Of a stretch of 64,000 bases of DNA, positions 13,882-25,500 are shown piece by piece. Source of the DNA: Ramazzottius varieornatus (lineage: Eukaryota; Animalia; Tardigrada). The first letter of the stretch is position 1, and every line of letters starts with the position of its first letter. The stretch is from assembly GCA_001949185.1 (NCBI GenBank), contig BDGG01000010.1:1559773-1623772 (forward strand). Direction: 5' to 3'. The translations under genes and the position numbers were made by a program. The notes beneath the pieces were generated by a model that was not told the origin of the DNA, did not search any database, and saw only the letters and a program-made list of their open reading frames with translations.

Positions 13882-14415
13882 ATGCTGAGCCCACGCGACG
13901 ACGAAGATGGTTTGGAGGGGACAGAGATTGCCAGAAAGCTAACGTTCGACGATGTTGGCGTCAGCACGGATATCTCCCTCCAACGACGCAATACGACAGC
14001 CGACATGATGGCCAGACTGGAGTTCGAAATGGAACGAATGGACGTCGACGACAGCGCGTTCTGTGAAGAGTCATTCATGGAGGCGCCTTCGACCGACCGA
14101 ACAGCCCTGGATTCAGACTGGAAACAAGCTCAACGCCAACCGGAAGTCGGCCTGACGACACCTTCTCCCACGAAGACATTCCACAAGGCTCGAGATCTGA
14201 ACAATTTCTCCACACCTGTTCGTCAGCCGTCGAGCAGTTCCAACAAGCGACGCATCTGTTCAGACAAGGTTCCCAGCTGCCCGATGAAGGAAAACCATTA
14301 TCGATCACGTCTGTCTATGAGCATACTGAACGATAGTGGACATCGGTCGCCTGCAGCGTGGGGCAAGCGAGACTCGGCCTTCTTCGAAGATACAATGGAG
14401 ATCGGGGTGCCGTAA
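13882..14415 (+). CDS. Hypothetical disordered protein with cell-cycle short linear motifs (177 aa)
   Basis: Single ORF after acceptor ttgtag; contains RKLTF, DSAFCE, DSGHRS, DSAFFE, KEN, several S/T-P sites. Confidence 0.7.
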   Translation: MLSPRDDEDGLEGTEIARKLTFDDVGVSTDISLQRRNTTADMMARLEFEMERMDVDDSAFCEESFMEAPSTDRTALDSDWKQAQRQPEVGLTTPSPTKTFHKARDLNNFSTPVRQPSSSSNKRRICSDKVPSCPMKENHYRSRLSMSILNDSGHRSPAAWGKRDSAFFEDTMEIGVP

Positions 14416-15172
14416 AAGAGTGTTCAGAAAGTTCGAACGGTCTTTGTCTTGTAAGTAACCTGATGTTGAACAGATCTGCTTGCACTAATCTGAATCTGGT
14501 TTCCGGCTTGCTCCATCTTTTGTTTTTCCCCTATGTTTTCTAGGCGCTTTTGATGCCTTCGGTTACTCTTCAGAAGGTGAAAGGTATTTCTGCTAATATT
14601 TTGCTAAAACGCGAAGCTCGCCCATTGGATCAACCGCAAAGTTCAGAGTAATCTGATTGGTAACGAATGCGTTGAAGTGGCCATTTATCGTAATGCGGAT
14701 AAGCCAAACCGCATACAACGTGACCTTCCACGCGGTTAGCGGTGTTACCTTGTTCAAATAGCGCGAAATGCAAATCAGTGTTACCGCTGGATTTTCGGGA
14801 CTAATAATACAGCAACCTTGGTTATGTCATTCGGACAACCGCAGTCAACAAGAAAATCCATACTAGATGGTGAGCGGGTTGTCAACCTATGAAGAAATGA
14901 TTAATGTTCCTTGTTGATGATAATTCTGGAGGCTATTGGGACTTCGGGAGTCGTCACGAGCGCCACCTGTCTTCATGCAGGTACTGTACCACGACAAGTT
15001 TCAGGTATATCTCAGAAAAATCAAAGAAAATACAGTTCGCGAATCGTCTGAAGAATACAGCAATAATTAGCTTTTGATTTTGTGAACATATTTTTACAGT
15101 TTTTACAACATATTTTTTCTTACGTTGAAATCTTCGCTAGCAAAACGGGAGACAGCCAAACAAGCTCGGGAT

Positions 15173-15241
15173 AATCGTTACCTCAAGTGGCGCACGCATG
15201 TAGCCAATAACAATTAAAACTGCGCCACGTGAGACAGCAAT
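15173..15241. repeat. Short palindromic repeat family B, copy 1
   Basis: aatcgttacctcaagtggcgca...tgcgccacgtgagacagcaat; related copies near 39.0 and 44.1 kb. Confidence 0.7.
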
Positions 15242-16586
15242 CCTCCCGACGCTGTTTGCGGACCTCCGAAATACGAATGCCATGGAGTAACAATTCTTTT
15301 TTGTCTTCAGGTGGACGGGGAAGGAAAGGCTTTGGTGGTGAAGATGGATGGACATTGGTGGTTCCTGACATCGTTTCTTCCGTTACGATTTGAGATGACA
15401 GTTTGTGGCGCTAGTAACGACTGCAATGAAAGTCTGGTATTTGTTGGTAGGTTGCTGAACTTATCAGGGTTGATTCAAGGTTCTGAGGCTGATGATGCGA
15501 TTCAACACTATACGGAGTCGCGCACCGCCTGCAGCTAATTACGGTAAGCGCTCACCTATACGTAAATCGTGCACCTTCCATCAGCTAGCAGCTAAGATAG
15601 ATTGCTACCGTACATTGTTGTACCGCTCCAACGAGCGACTTCAGTTCGTGCGCTGTACACTGGTGTGCGAAAGAAAAAAACTTCACCTTACAGAAATAAA
15701 TCCAGCACTTTTCGCAGTTGACGGTAATTATGTCGATCGACCCAGCATCTTCACTGATGTGCTGACGAACCCCGAGACTATTGTGATACAACCGAAGCAC
15801 CATCTTTTCGAAGCTTCTATTCCGTCCACGATCTGTATCTGTTTTTCGTTATCCAGAACTTCAAATCCGCAAGAATGGAATTTGTGGAATACTGAAATAC
15901 TTTTGCCCGACTTTCCAACCGAAGAACGAAGGAAAGTTGCGCCGCTCTCGACGAACCGGAAGTGACGACATCAACGGTTAATGTGAGCAAGTACGTTCAT
16001 GGTATCTCCGTACCACATATCCAAGTTCAATATCGCGATCTCTGAGACAGAAATATAACTGCCGATAGATTGACAATGACACTTTTTTCTGAATTGGATT
16101 GGTTGGTATTGGGTTTCTAACACCACTAAGAAATCGGATCCTCACAACTTGGCGCGAGGCTTCTTGTCGTATTTGTCTTTGCTAACAGGTAACGCTAAGT
16201 AAGCACTACAGTATTGTAAGCGGAAATGAAGGTTTCTTTTTTTTGGGGAGTCCTTACTATAAGCAAGTGCGGAGGACATACGCGTTGGTCATTTAATTCC
16301 TCCTGTGAAGAACCACGTGTGTACGACTTGTTTATGTTGCAGACTATCGTATTTCCTTCAAAATGCTACCTTGAGTCAACATCATTTTTCTACCGGTCGT
16401 TCGCGAATAGTGAACGTCGTAGCTCTTCCATACTAAACTTCGATCTGTGTGGTTGCAGTGAAGGATTCGGAGACGAGGAAACTATGACCGAAAGATCGTC
16501 ACCGATTGAAGCCCGCTATAACGATGCGGAAATTGTCGAGGATTTTTCGCTGGAACTTTTTCATCAATAAAGCCGACTGGATTTTA

Positions 16587-19500
16587 ATGAAATGGATTAT
16601 CGGTAAGTTCCCCGTTTTTTTAGAAGAAGTCGAGTTGAAGATGTCAGTTGAAGATGCCAAACATTCTGGGCAGTATCATACCAGAACGGCGACAGAAAAC
16701 TGAGCCTCGAATGTGGCAATAACATACATTTTCGTAAATAGCACGCGTGTTGTGTCAGTTCTGTATGATGGCGACGTGATTGACAATCCAACATCGCTTC
16801 TTATTAATATTTCGGCTCTTAATATTCTATTCAAATATTTATCTGTGTGTAGAACGGCGCTTAATCGATCAAAAGAAGATTTCAATATTGAGTACCGCAG
16901 TACGTAAACCAGCCAGCGTGGGCTCCCACATCCTTTTACACACAACTGTTCTAAACAAACGCAGTTCGGTTTTATTACTGCGCAAGTCCGTTTTCTAAAG
17001 TTGGTTCAGCTGAAAATATTATCCCGATAATAAGGATATCGACATCGTGCCAGACGTAGTCGGGAGAGTTTTCGCTGTTGATTGGGTTGTTTTGGTGTCA
17101 CAGATTTCCTCATCGCGGTTCTTCTGAACAGCACTCCAACATCGCATGTCTCCGCTCACGTTGTCCTAACCTATCCACCTGCTCGGAAATACGCGTTGGA
17201 CTTCTTGGACAATGTACACAGTCCGGAGCCTTGCGGAATGCCAAAAGGTTCGTACCGATCGGAAATGTGTTACAGTTATGAGTCGCTCTTATGACATAGA
17301 GAAACTGTGCAAAGAAGTCAGAATGTCTAAGTAGTGGAGTCTAGTAAGATGTCTGAAGGCATACTTTCTTCTTTTTTCTCGCTGCGTGAGTCACTGCAAA
17401 ACGAAACTATTTTTGCGTTATTTTATCGGTCAGAATACCGGTGCGACTGCTTAACATTATCATGAATTATGTAATGTGTTGTTTTTTGGCAGGTCTCAGC
17501 GAACCTACTTTCTTACAAGTCGGCTCAGAAATCGAAGTCACGTGGCATTCAGCATATCCAGACGAGGTGATTTTGACGAAAAAAATTAGTCTGTTTGCTC
17601 ACGAACTCGACGGTTAATCTGTTTACCCACGAAAACTTCCCTGTGCCCCAGTCACAGGAAATGCCGGCAAATACCACACACTAGTGCAACACTCAGGTGC
17701 AGAATCCTTTACTGATAGGATACTAGAAAGAGCGTAAGCAGGTTTATGAGATGGGTTTGCCGGTTTTCCGCACCGATTGATTTTTGACTTTGTTGTTGAT
17801 TCGAGGTTTGATTGTGGTGTTTGTTCCTGACAGGGCGGATATGCTATTGAGCTTTTGGATGAGAACTACGACAGAGTATCGCAGCTCTTTCCCGTACTTG
17901 CCGGCAGAGAGCCCCGCACATCAGTATCGTTCGAGAATATATGGCCCAATACCACTTCTCAAACGATAACATTACCAAAGAATGTTAGCTGTGACAAGTG
18001 TACCCTTCGGATAACTCGCCAAGCTCGTCAATGGGAAAATGTTAGCCGGGAGCTGGAAGGCTACGTCTTCCGCAGTTGCGCGGATGTGAACATTGTGGAC
18101 CAAGGTGCGTAAAGTGAAAACGTCTGCCGAGATAATTAGGGCACGCGCGAGTAGTCAAGGGTGCTCCAGCTACGCAGCCGTGTCCAGTCACCCGACAAAC
18201 AAGCGAGCATCACCTGAGCTGTGGGTCTAGCCGGTCGATCATTAACGCACCATCCATGTTGATTTCTTGCCCTTCGTCATATGTCACTCACTTTTTCCTT
18301 CGATTGCTAAACGTCGGTTGTCTCTCTTGCAGTGGATAATTCTCAAAAGTGCTCTAGTCATGGCTCCTGGACCGTGCAACAAAAGTGCAACTGTGATGAC
18401 CTATACACTGGCAATGTCTGCCAGTACAAAGGTGTGAAAGTTATCAAGGTTTTATGCAGCAAATATGAAGCAATAAAATACTCGAAACATTTTATAGGCG
18501 AGCCGAAAAAGCAATGACGAAATCGTAATCCGTTTATTCTTCAGAAATATGTCTCAAAGAAGCCGACTGTAACTTCCGGGGTAAATGTATCGATTCCGGC
18601 TCGAATTCGCATCCCAAGAAGCGATGCAACTGTCTTCCGGGTTGGCAAGGCAGGAACTGCAGTCGCGGTAAGCCGTCTTTGTTTGGACCCAGCACACCAC
18701 GATGCAGTACCATGATATCAACGTCAAAAATTGTTTTGTTGCTCATCTCTTGTTCAACAGAGTCATTCTTGAAGACCAAAGTGTTCAACAAAGCCTTATT
18801 CACACACTACAAGCTGGCTGATGGATTCGATCTCTACTGGAAAATCGACAAGAACCTCGCCGAAATTGAATTCGCAGTCCAGTCCAAGTCTTCCTCATGG
18901 ATCGCTATAGGGTGGAGACCGCTCAGTAAGTACCAACCCATCGTCCCGCAACTTGTAAACTTTAGGAGAGGTTCAGGATAGGTTATTTTTCCAGCTTTAA
19001 CCGGAGAGTGTCGGCAGCAGTTCCCGAAGCTCGCCAACGAAACATACTCTCCACACGGAGCCTCGTTACTTGCGAAGGAGCTGACCATGGACGACAGTGA
19101 ATTCGAAGCAATTAGGCCAAGGAGCGGTAAGGTCTCTGAGGAGCTGGACGAGCCACTCGCCATTCGTCCCCGACGCGAGGTTATGGCTGTCCCACAAAAC
19201 GTAACACTACTTGACCCGGCTGTTCTCTTCAACAATGCCTCTGAAGGTTAGCTCAAAATCCTTTCTAAGACTCCTTAACACAATTCAGTTTCGAGGTGCA
19301 GTATATCGAGCACTGTTTGTTTCAGAACTTCATCCAATGGACTGTACAGATATCGTGATCGGGTTCGCCAGGAATGGTTTCGGTCAAGTGCAGGACTCTT
19401 ACACCAGAGACCGGTCTACGCCACAGGACGACTCTTTCTACGGAGGAATGGACAACCTTATAGGATCCATCGCATTCGAAGAGGACGGTGTTACGATCAT

Positions 19501-22500
19501 GCGCTTCAAGAGAGCTTTAGCCGGTGCGACTCTTTCCTTGATACTTTTAGAATAAGACGTGGGCTCATGTTTCGTTTGTTCCTCTTCAGCGGTTGATCCG
19601 GCGGACCATTCGTTTTTGAACAGTCCGATGCACGTGATATTTGCTCGCGGACAAGAGAAGGGTAGTTTCCATCACTATCCACCGTTGAGCATGGAAGCGG
19701 ACAATAAGTCCTTGACTGAGTTCTACAAACCCGATGATTTACGCTACCACGGTGCCGGTGCTAATAACAGGGGCGTTGCTTTAATCAACTTTTTCGACGA
19801 GAAGAACGAACTGGCGACGCTTCAGTCACCTTGTGTGGGAGAGTGGAAGGCTCCACTGAACTGTGTGGGCGTTGCTTGTCAGTACAAAGCGCGATGGTAA
19901 GTACATTTTTTAACAGATTTCTCACAGACTTTTGATCAGAAATAAAAAACGGTAATATTGTAATTTGATCTCCAACTAATCACTTCATGGAGAGAATTTC
20001 CGATAAAAGCGCGGGCCGAGGTGTCAAAATCTCGTCTCCCAAGCGTGGTGCCCCCCTTAACAAATATATGAGGGGTCTGAGCTCTCAGCGTGGCCTTGTA
20101 CAGGGCCTCAAAAATTCTGGTCTCCCACGGGGAGACGAGTCTGCTGGTCGTGCCCGCGCTGCCAATCAAACGTAATAATTTTCTAATAATATTCTGTGTG
20201 TTTCAGGGAGTTTCTGGAGGACTCGGACTCTATTTACTTCAATATTCAGGCAAAAGCAAAAGACCGATGGATCGGAATTGGGTTTAACGGGGAAGAGAAT
20301 CACATGGTAATGGTCAAAGAAAATCAATTCAGAGAAAAATATACACAGCCCGCCAAGGTTTTAGTTTTCTTGTCTGTTTACAGCCAGGTTCGGACATAAT
20401 CATTGGCTGGGTGGACGATGACGGAAGAGTTCAGCTTACTGACAGGCACGCTGATGGACACCGAACACCCATACTCGACAAGAAGCAAGATCTACAGAAC
20501 ATCGCCGGAAGCGTCGACAGTAACTTCATGACCATCGAGTTTACGAGACTACGCGTGGTAAGCAATAATCTTTAGGAAGAGCGAAGACCATTTCCCTGCA
20601 AAGAGAAACAATTTAACGTTTTTTCCTGTAGACAAATGACACGAACGACTTCCAGTTTCACGATGAAAAATGTGCCTTCTTCCTGTTTCCGGTCAACGGT
20701 GGGAAATTTGACAAATATTCAGGTAAGTCAGCGACAACGCTTTCCGCCGAAGTTCGACCATAATTGTGACTGACGCGGAAAATTTATTGTCTTTCGTAGG
20801 CGTTATGAGTAAGCATGAGTTCATCCCCACGGTTCTACCGAACAAAGTATGCGTGCAAAGTTGCCGGGTTAATGGTACGTCCATCGGTGGTTCCCCAGCC
20901 GCGCTTTTACACGATGCAGCTTCAGAGGTTCCCTCTGCCGGTAAGAGCTGTGCAACGTCACGAAACTGCAGAATTTTAGCCTTGCTTACCGCTCTCTGTA
21001 CTTGCTCGTTCCATTCAAGATTTTCCTAGCTTACTTCCGTAACGTGGCCTTAGGAGGCGTTGGTGATGCAATTATTCCGTGTCCTTCTTGTACTTAATAA
21101 TGTTCCCCTCGTATCTTTACGGCTCTTGTGCATACGATATCCACCTTTTGTACTGTGAACCACACTCACTAACAGTAAACGCACAATTTCTGGTGGCTGT
21201 GTTTTCTTCTGGTGACGGGTTCTCCATTCTTACTATATCAATTACTAACCGCTGGAAGGGCTTCCTTTTTCTTCTTCTTCTTCTTCTTCTTCTTCTTCTT
21301 CTTCTTCTTCTTCTGTGGAACTTCGCGATATTTTTTTACCATGCCAGCCTTTCCTAAGACCGGAAACGTCACATTTGGTAAATTTCAGAATTGGAAAACT
21401 CCAGTTTGATAGTGCCACAGGATCGAGCTGATGGGGAAGCGCTAGTCGTAATCAACACTACGGCGACTACTGTAGCAACATCAGTCTCCTCATCAACCTT
21501 GGCTACGACCACGAGTCTAACAAGCATCGCCACAACACCTTCCGGTCTGTCCAATTTACCCGGTCCTTCCATCCAACTGCCGCCGGCTGTCAAACGGTTT
21601 TTGTCCCGAGGAAACTCCTATCCGGTATCACCTACCTCCACCACGTCAAGTCCACCCATCAAGTCTCCTCCCGCCACCACTCAAGGGGACATCACAACTT
21701 CATCGACAGTCACAGCCGCCGTTCCGGTCTCTACGTCGGCAGCTTCAACAACTTCCTGGATGACCTTACCATCCACGACTACACTGCCTACCACAAAATT
21801 CTCCTCTACACTAGCCTTTCTCGACATCGCTACCACCAGCGCCATCACCACCACGACGACCGCTCCATCAACCACTCAGTCAACCAGAATCATTTTCTTC
21901 GGTCCAGCAGCCTCAACAGCGCCCGCGAAAGGTCCGATAGCCCTATCAACAACCACCACGACTCCCGTTACCTCCACGGCAAGAACGTTAATCGTGGCGA
22001 CAACAACTTCGACCGGGAGACCGATCGTTACGCAAAACTTATCCGTTACAATGCCCACTGTGACCACCCCACCGACGACTGGAGCTCCTTCGGTAACGGG
22101 CATTTCCAACTCGGAACCGGGCGGGAACTGGACGCAGTGCTATGGCCAGTGGCGCTTCCCCCCAGATTGCGTAAGTACCACCTTTTCTTTCGATTGGTCG
22201 ACAGTATTTACCGTTCTTGATTTTCGCTTACAGACACCGGCGAACTGTGAATATGTGATTATGTGGGAGTACGAGCCTAGCGCCGATGACATTCATTTCT
22301 ACATTCGTAGTAGTCATCCCGACCGGTGGACAGGTGTCGGGTTCTCTCCTAATGCGGCAATGGTACACTTGGCATATTCCTTTGTTTTGAGCTGTTCATT
22401 GATTCAAGTCTTCCTTTCAGCCTCATTCCGATGTGATATTTGGGTTCGTGACACCGGACGGTAACGTTACCATAACAGACGGGACCACCGAAGGTCACTA

Positions 22501-25500
22501 TCCTCCCATCAAGTCCAGCCCGTCCATGTTGACTAACATTGCTGGGCGTGTGAAGGATGGGAAAGTAGAGCTGTCTTTTACTCGTCCGCGAGGCTTCGAC
22601 ATCAACCGATATGCCATGTTCGGTGTGCGAGAGCAAGACTGCCCTCACTTTCTCTTCCCCGTCGAAGGTACTTGCATGAAAGGCCCGAATGTCCGTCTTT
22701 ACTTTCTAAGCGTTTTCCTTTCTAATCCAGGTGGACCGTTTGACTCAACAACTGGTTTCATACTGAAACATGCCAAGACCCCCAAGATCAGTCGTCATCG
22801 TATCTGCGTCAAGCAGTGCTCCGCAGAAGACCCGCCGGCACCTTTCACCCTACCACGGCTGTCCGAGCCTATCGCTGCCCCACTAACAGCTCCGACAACG
22901 CCACCTAGTGTGCTGACCACGACACAGTCCACCACGACGACGACCGAAGAAGAAACCACCACCACACAGCTGCCGGTGATTGAAGGCACACCATGCCGAG
23001 CCATCTTCTCTTTCCCCAGAGATTGCAACACTTCCACCTGTGTCTATGTAGCACAATGGGATTACCTACCCCCCACCGACGAAATCAACTTTGTCATTCA
23101 GTCCAACCGGCTGAACACGTGGACTGGTATTGGCTTCTCGGACAGTGGTGAAATGCCGTACTCGGATATGGCTATAGGGTGGGTGAACGGCGATGGTCGT
23201 CCAACCATCAGCGATCGGTGGAGTACGACGTATGCTGAACCACAGCGGGACTTTCAACAAGACTTGACGCACCTTGGAGGGACCCTTCGATACGGCACAC
23301 AGGTAAGACCAGACTTCTGGCGTTGATTTACTTCAATGCCACGGCTCCTTAATTTGACTACGCCTTAGAATGTTTTTTTTCTTCTTCCAGATCGTGACTT
23401 TCACCCGGAAGCGACAAACTGGTGATGAACGAGACTACCAGTTTTCCGACACGTCCTGCCCGTACCTGATCTTTCCGGTCTTCGGAGGTACATACGATGA
23501 CGCCAGCGAGATCATCGACAAGCACGAGGTTACTCCAGTAGTCTCCGATCAACGTATCTGTATTCGTGCATGTCGCCAACGAACAACCCTTCCGCCTTCG
23601 CTAGACAGCTCTGCTGCTGTCCTTGCCAATAGTTCCTCTCCGGTACTGTCCACTTTCGATCAGAAGCTCCTCGTGATCAACCCGGCTCAGTTGACCGAAG
23701 CCGGCATGACACCTCCACCAACCACGACTCGACGTCCAACTGGAGCATTCAGCAATGCCGGTAGCACCAAGACCGGACTGGTCATTTCCAGTGTGGCGCT
23801 TGATGGTTCGAAGACGCAAAGTCCTTCCAGCGCTAGTCTAACTTACCGAAAGAAGTCTCTTCAGCCAAACAGCACCATCAGTATCGGTTCTTCAAGTCCA
23901 GCGACTAGCTTCGTGACGACCACGACAGCACTTCCGTCGCCCGAAGAAATGCTACGTGTCATGCTCCTTCAGGCAGGGTTGAACAATGTCGCTGTGCAGA
24001 TACCAGCTAACGACCAACCTCCTCGATTCGTCACTGCTATGACACCACTTCCGGGTAACGCCTCGTCTCGCGCCACTGCGAATGCCGGTGGTGCTTCGAC
24101 TACTTTCGGTGTCACAAAATCAGGCATTGAGTTCGTAGTAACCTATCCAGCTACCACCGTTGCTTCTAGAAGTGACATCCCGCAAGGTAACAGGCTAGGC
24201 TCCGTACCGGAAAACAATAATAGCCAGAACAGTAGCGCCTTACTCGGGAGCTCCGCACAAGCCTCAAAGCCTTCCGGCAGCTCTGCAGTCGATGAGGCAA
24301 TGAGCCAGGCACAGCTTCTAGCACTGGCCGGTATGGTCATCGGCAACTCGACGTTACTACCACCGAACCTGACGCCGCCGCCAGGGTCCGTTCAGATCGG
24401 TGTAGTCTTGAGTTCTCCACCTGACGTGAGACAAGAGAGCGATATAAGCGTTCTCTCGAGTGGAAACAGCCCCATTGAGCCTATCGTCAATCAAAATACC
24501 CGCGTGAAGAGCTCGGAGACGGTGGTGACGGGCTTCAACCTCGGTCAAACTCCGACAGCCGGAGAACTGCTGGTTCGTGCCAAAAGCCAGAACCCGAGCA
24601 TTGGCCCCCTACCAGCTGCTTCGGGATCCCCACCTCCAGCTATCTCGATGACACCTGAACAAATGCTCCAAGCGCTTTTAAAGGAGTCCGGCATGGGAGA
24701 AGTAAAGGTGGAGGGTGTGGATACCTCACCTGCTGCCAATTCTAAAGAGCCATCTGCCCCTGTTTCTGGACGAATTCGCAATAACGGTAAGTGCCTATCG
24801 GCCTTTTGTGGAAAGACAATGCTTGGAAACCCGAAAAAATAATCTACCCAGATAAGTCTCTAACCAGAAAATCAACAAAATATACGTAGCAAAATGTGCG
24901 GGAAATATGCTGATGTTTATCAGTGCAGTGCAGTGCAGACAAAATCCAAAGGGTAAAAAGTAAAACCATCCTGTGTGTTGTCGAGCAAGGTCTATAGAAT
25001 GAACATAAAGTTATTTACTTTTTTGGCAGCTCCGCTAAGAGACAGACACGACACGGTACCCGCTGCGCCTACTCGATACGGTGCGGAAAAACAGCGCTCG
25101 CGTCTGGGTGGATCTTCAGGCTCACTGGGTGCATCGGGCTCAGCCCCAGTGCCCTCCATCGTTCGGTTCTCCACAGCCCTTCCACCTGTTCAACAGAAGG
25201 CGGAAGTCTTCATCAGTGCCGCCTCGGACAGAGTGTCAAGTCCATCTGGACCTGCTCCTGCTGCACAGGCGTCTGGTTTAGTAGCTTTGGCTAATGACCA
25301 AGGTACCATCGGCGATAATGAAGACTGCGGAGGGATATTCAAGTACCCGTCTGGCTGCATCAAAGAGGCCTGTGCCTACGTTGCCACATGGCGACCTGGA
25401 AGTAGCGTAGACGAAATAGAGTTCTCTATCGAAACTGACCGTCCAGATTTGTGGTCGGCCATTGGATTCTCAGACGACAAACTGATGGTAGAGAATCTCT

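Noticed and set aside
15492-15965. 157-aa ORF upstream of the DOMON gene
   Set aside because: No recognisable motif and non-coding-like composition; probably promoter or 5'UTR sequence.
21079-21409. Poly-Leu/poly-Phe ORFs
   Set aside because: Artefacts of the intronic (CTT)n microsatellite.
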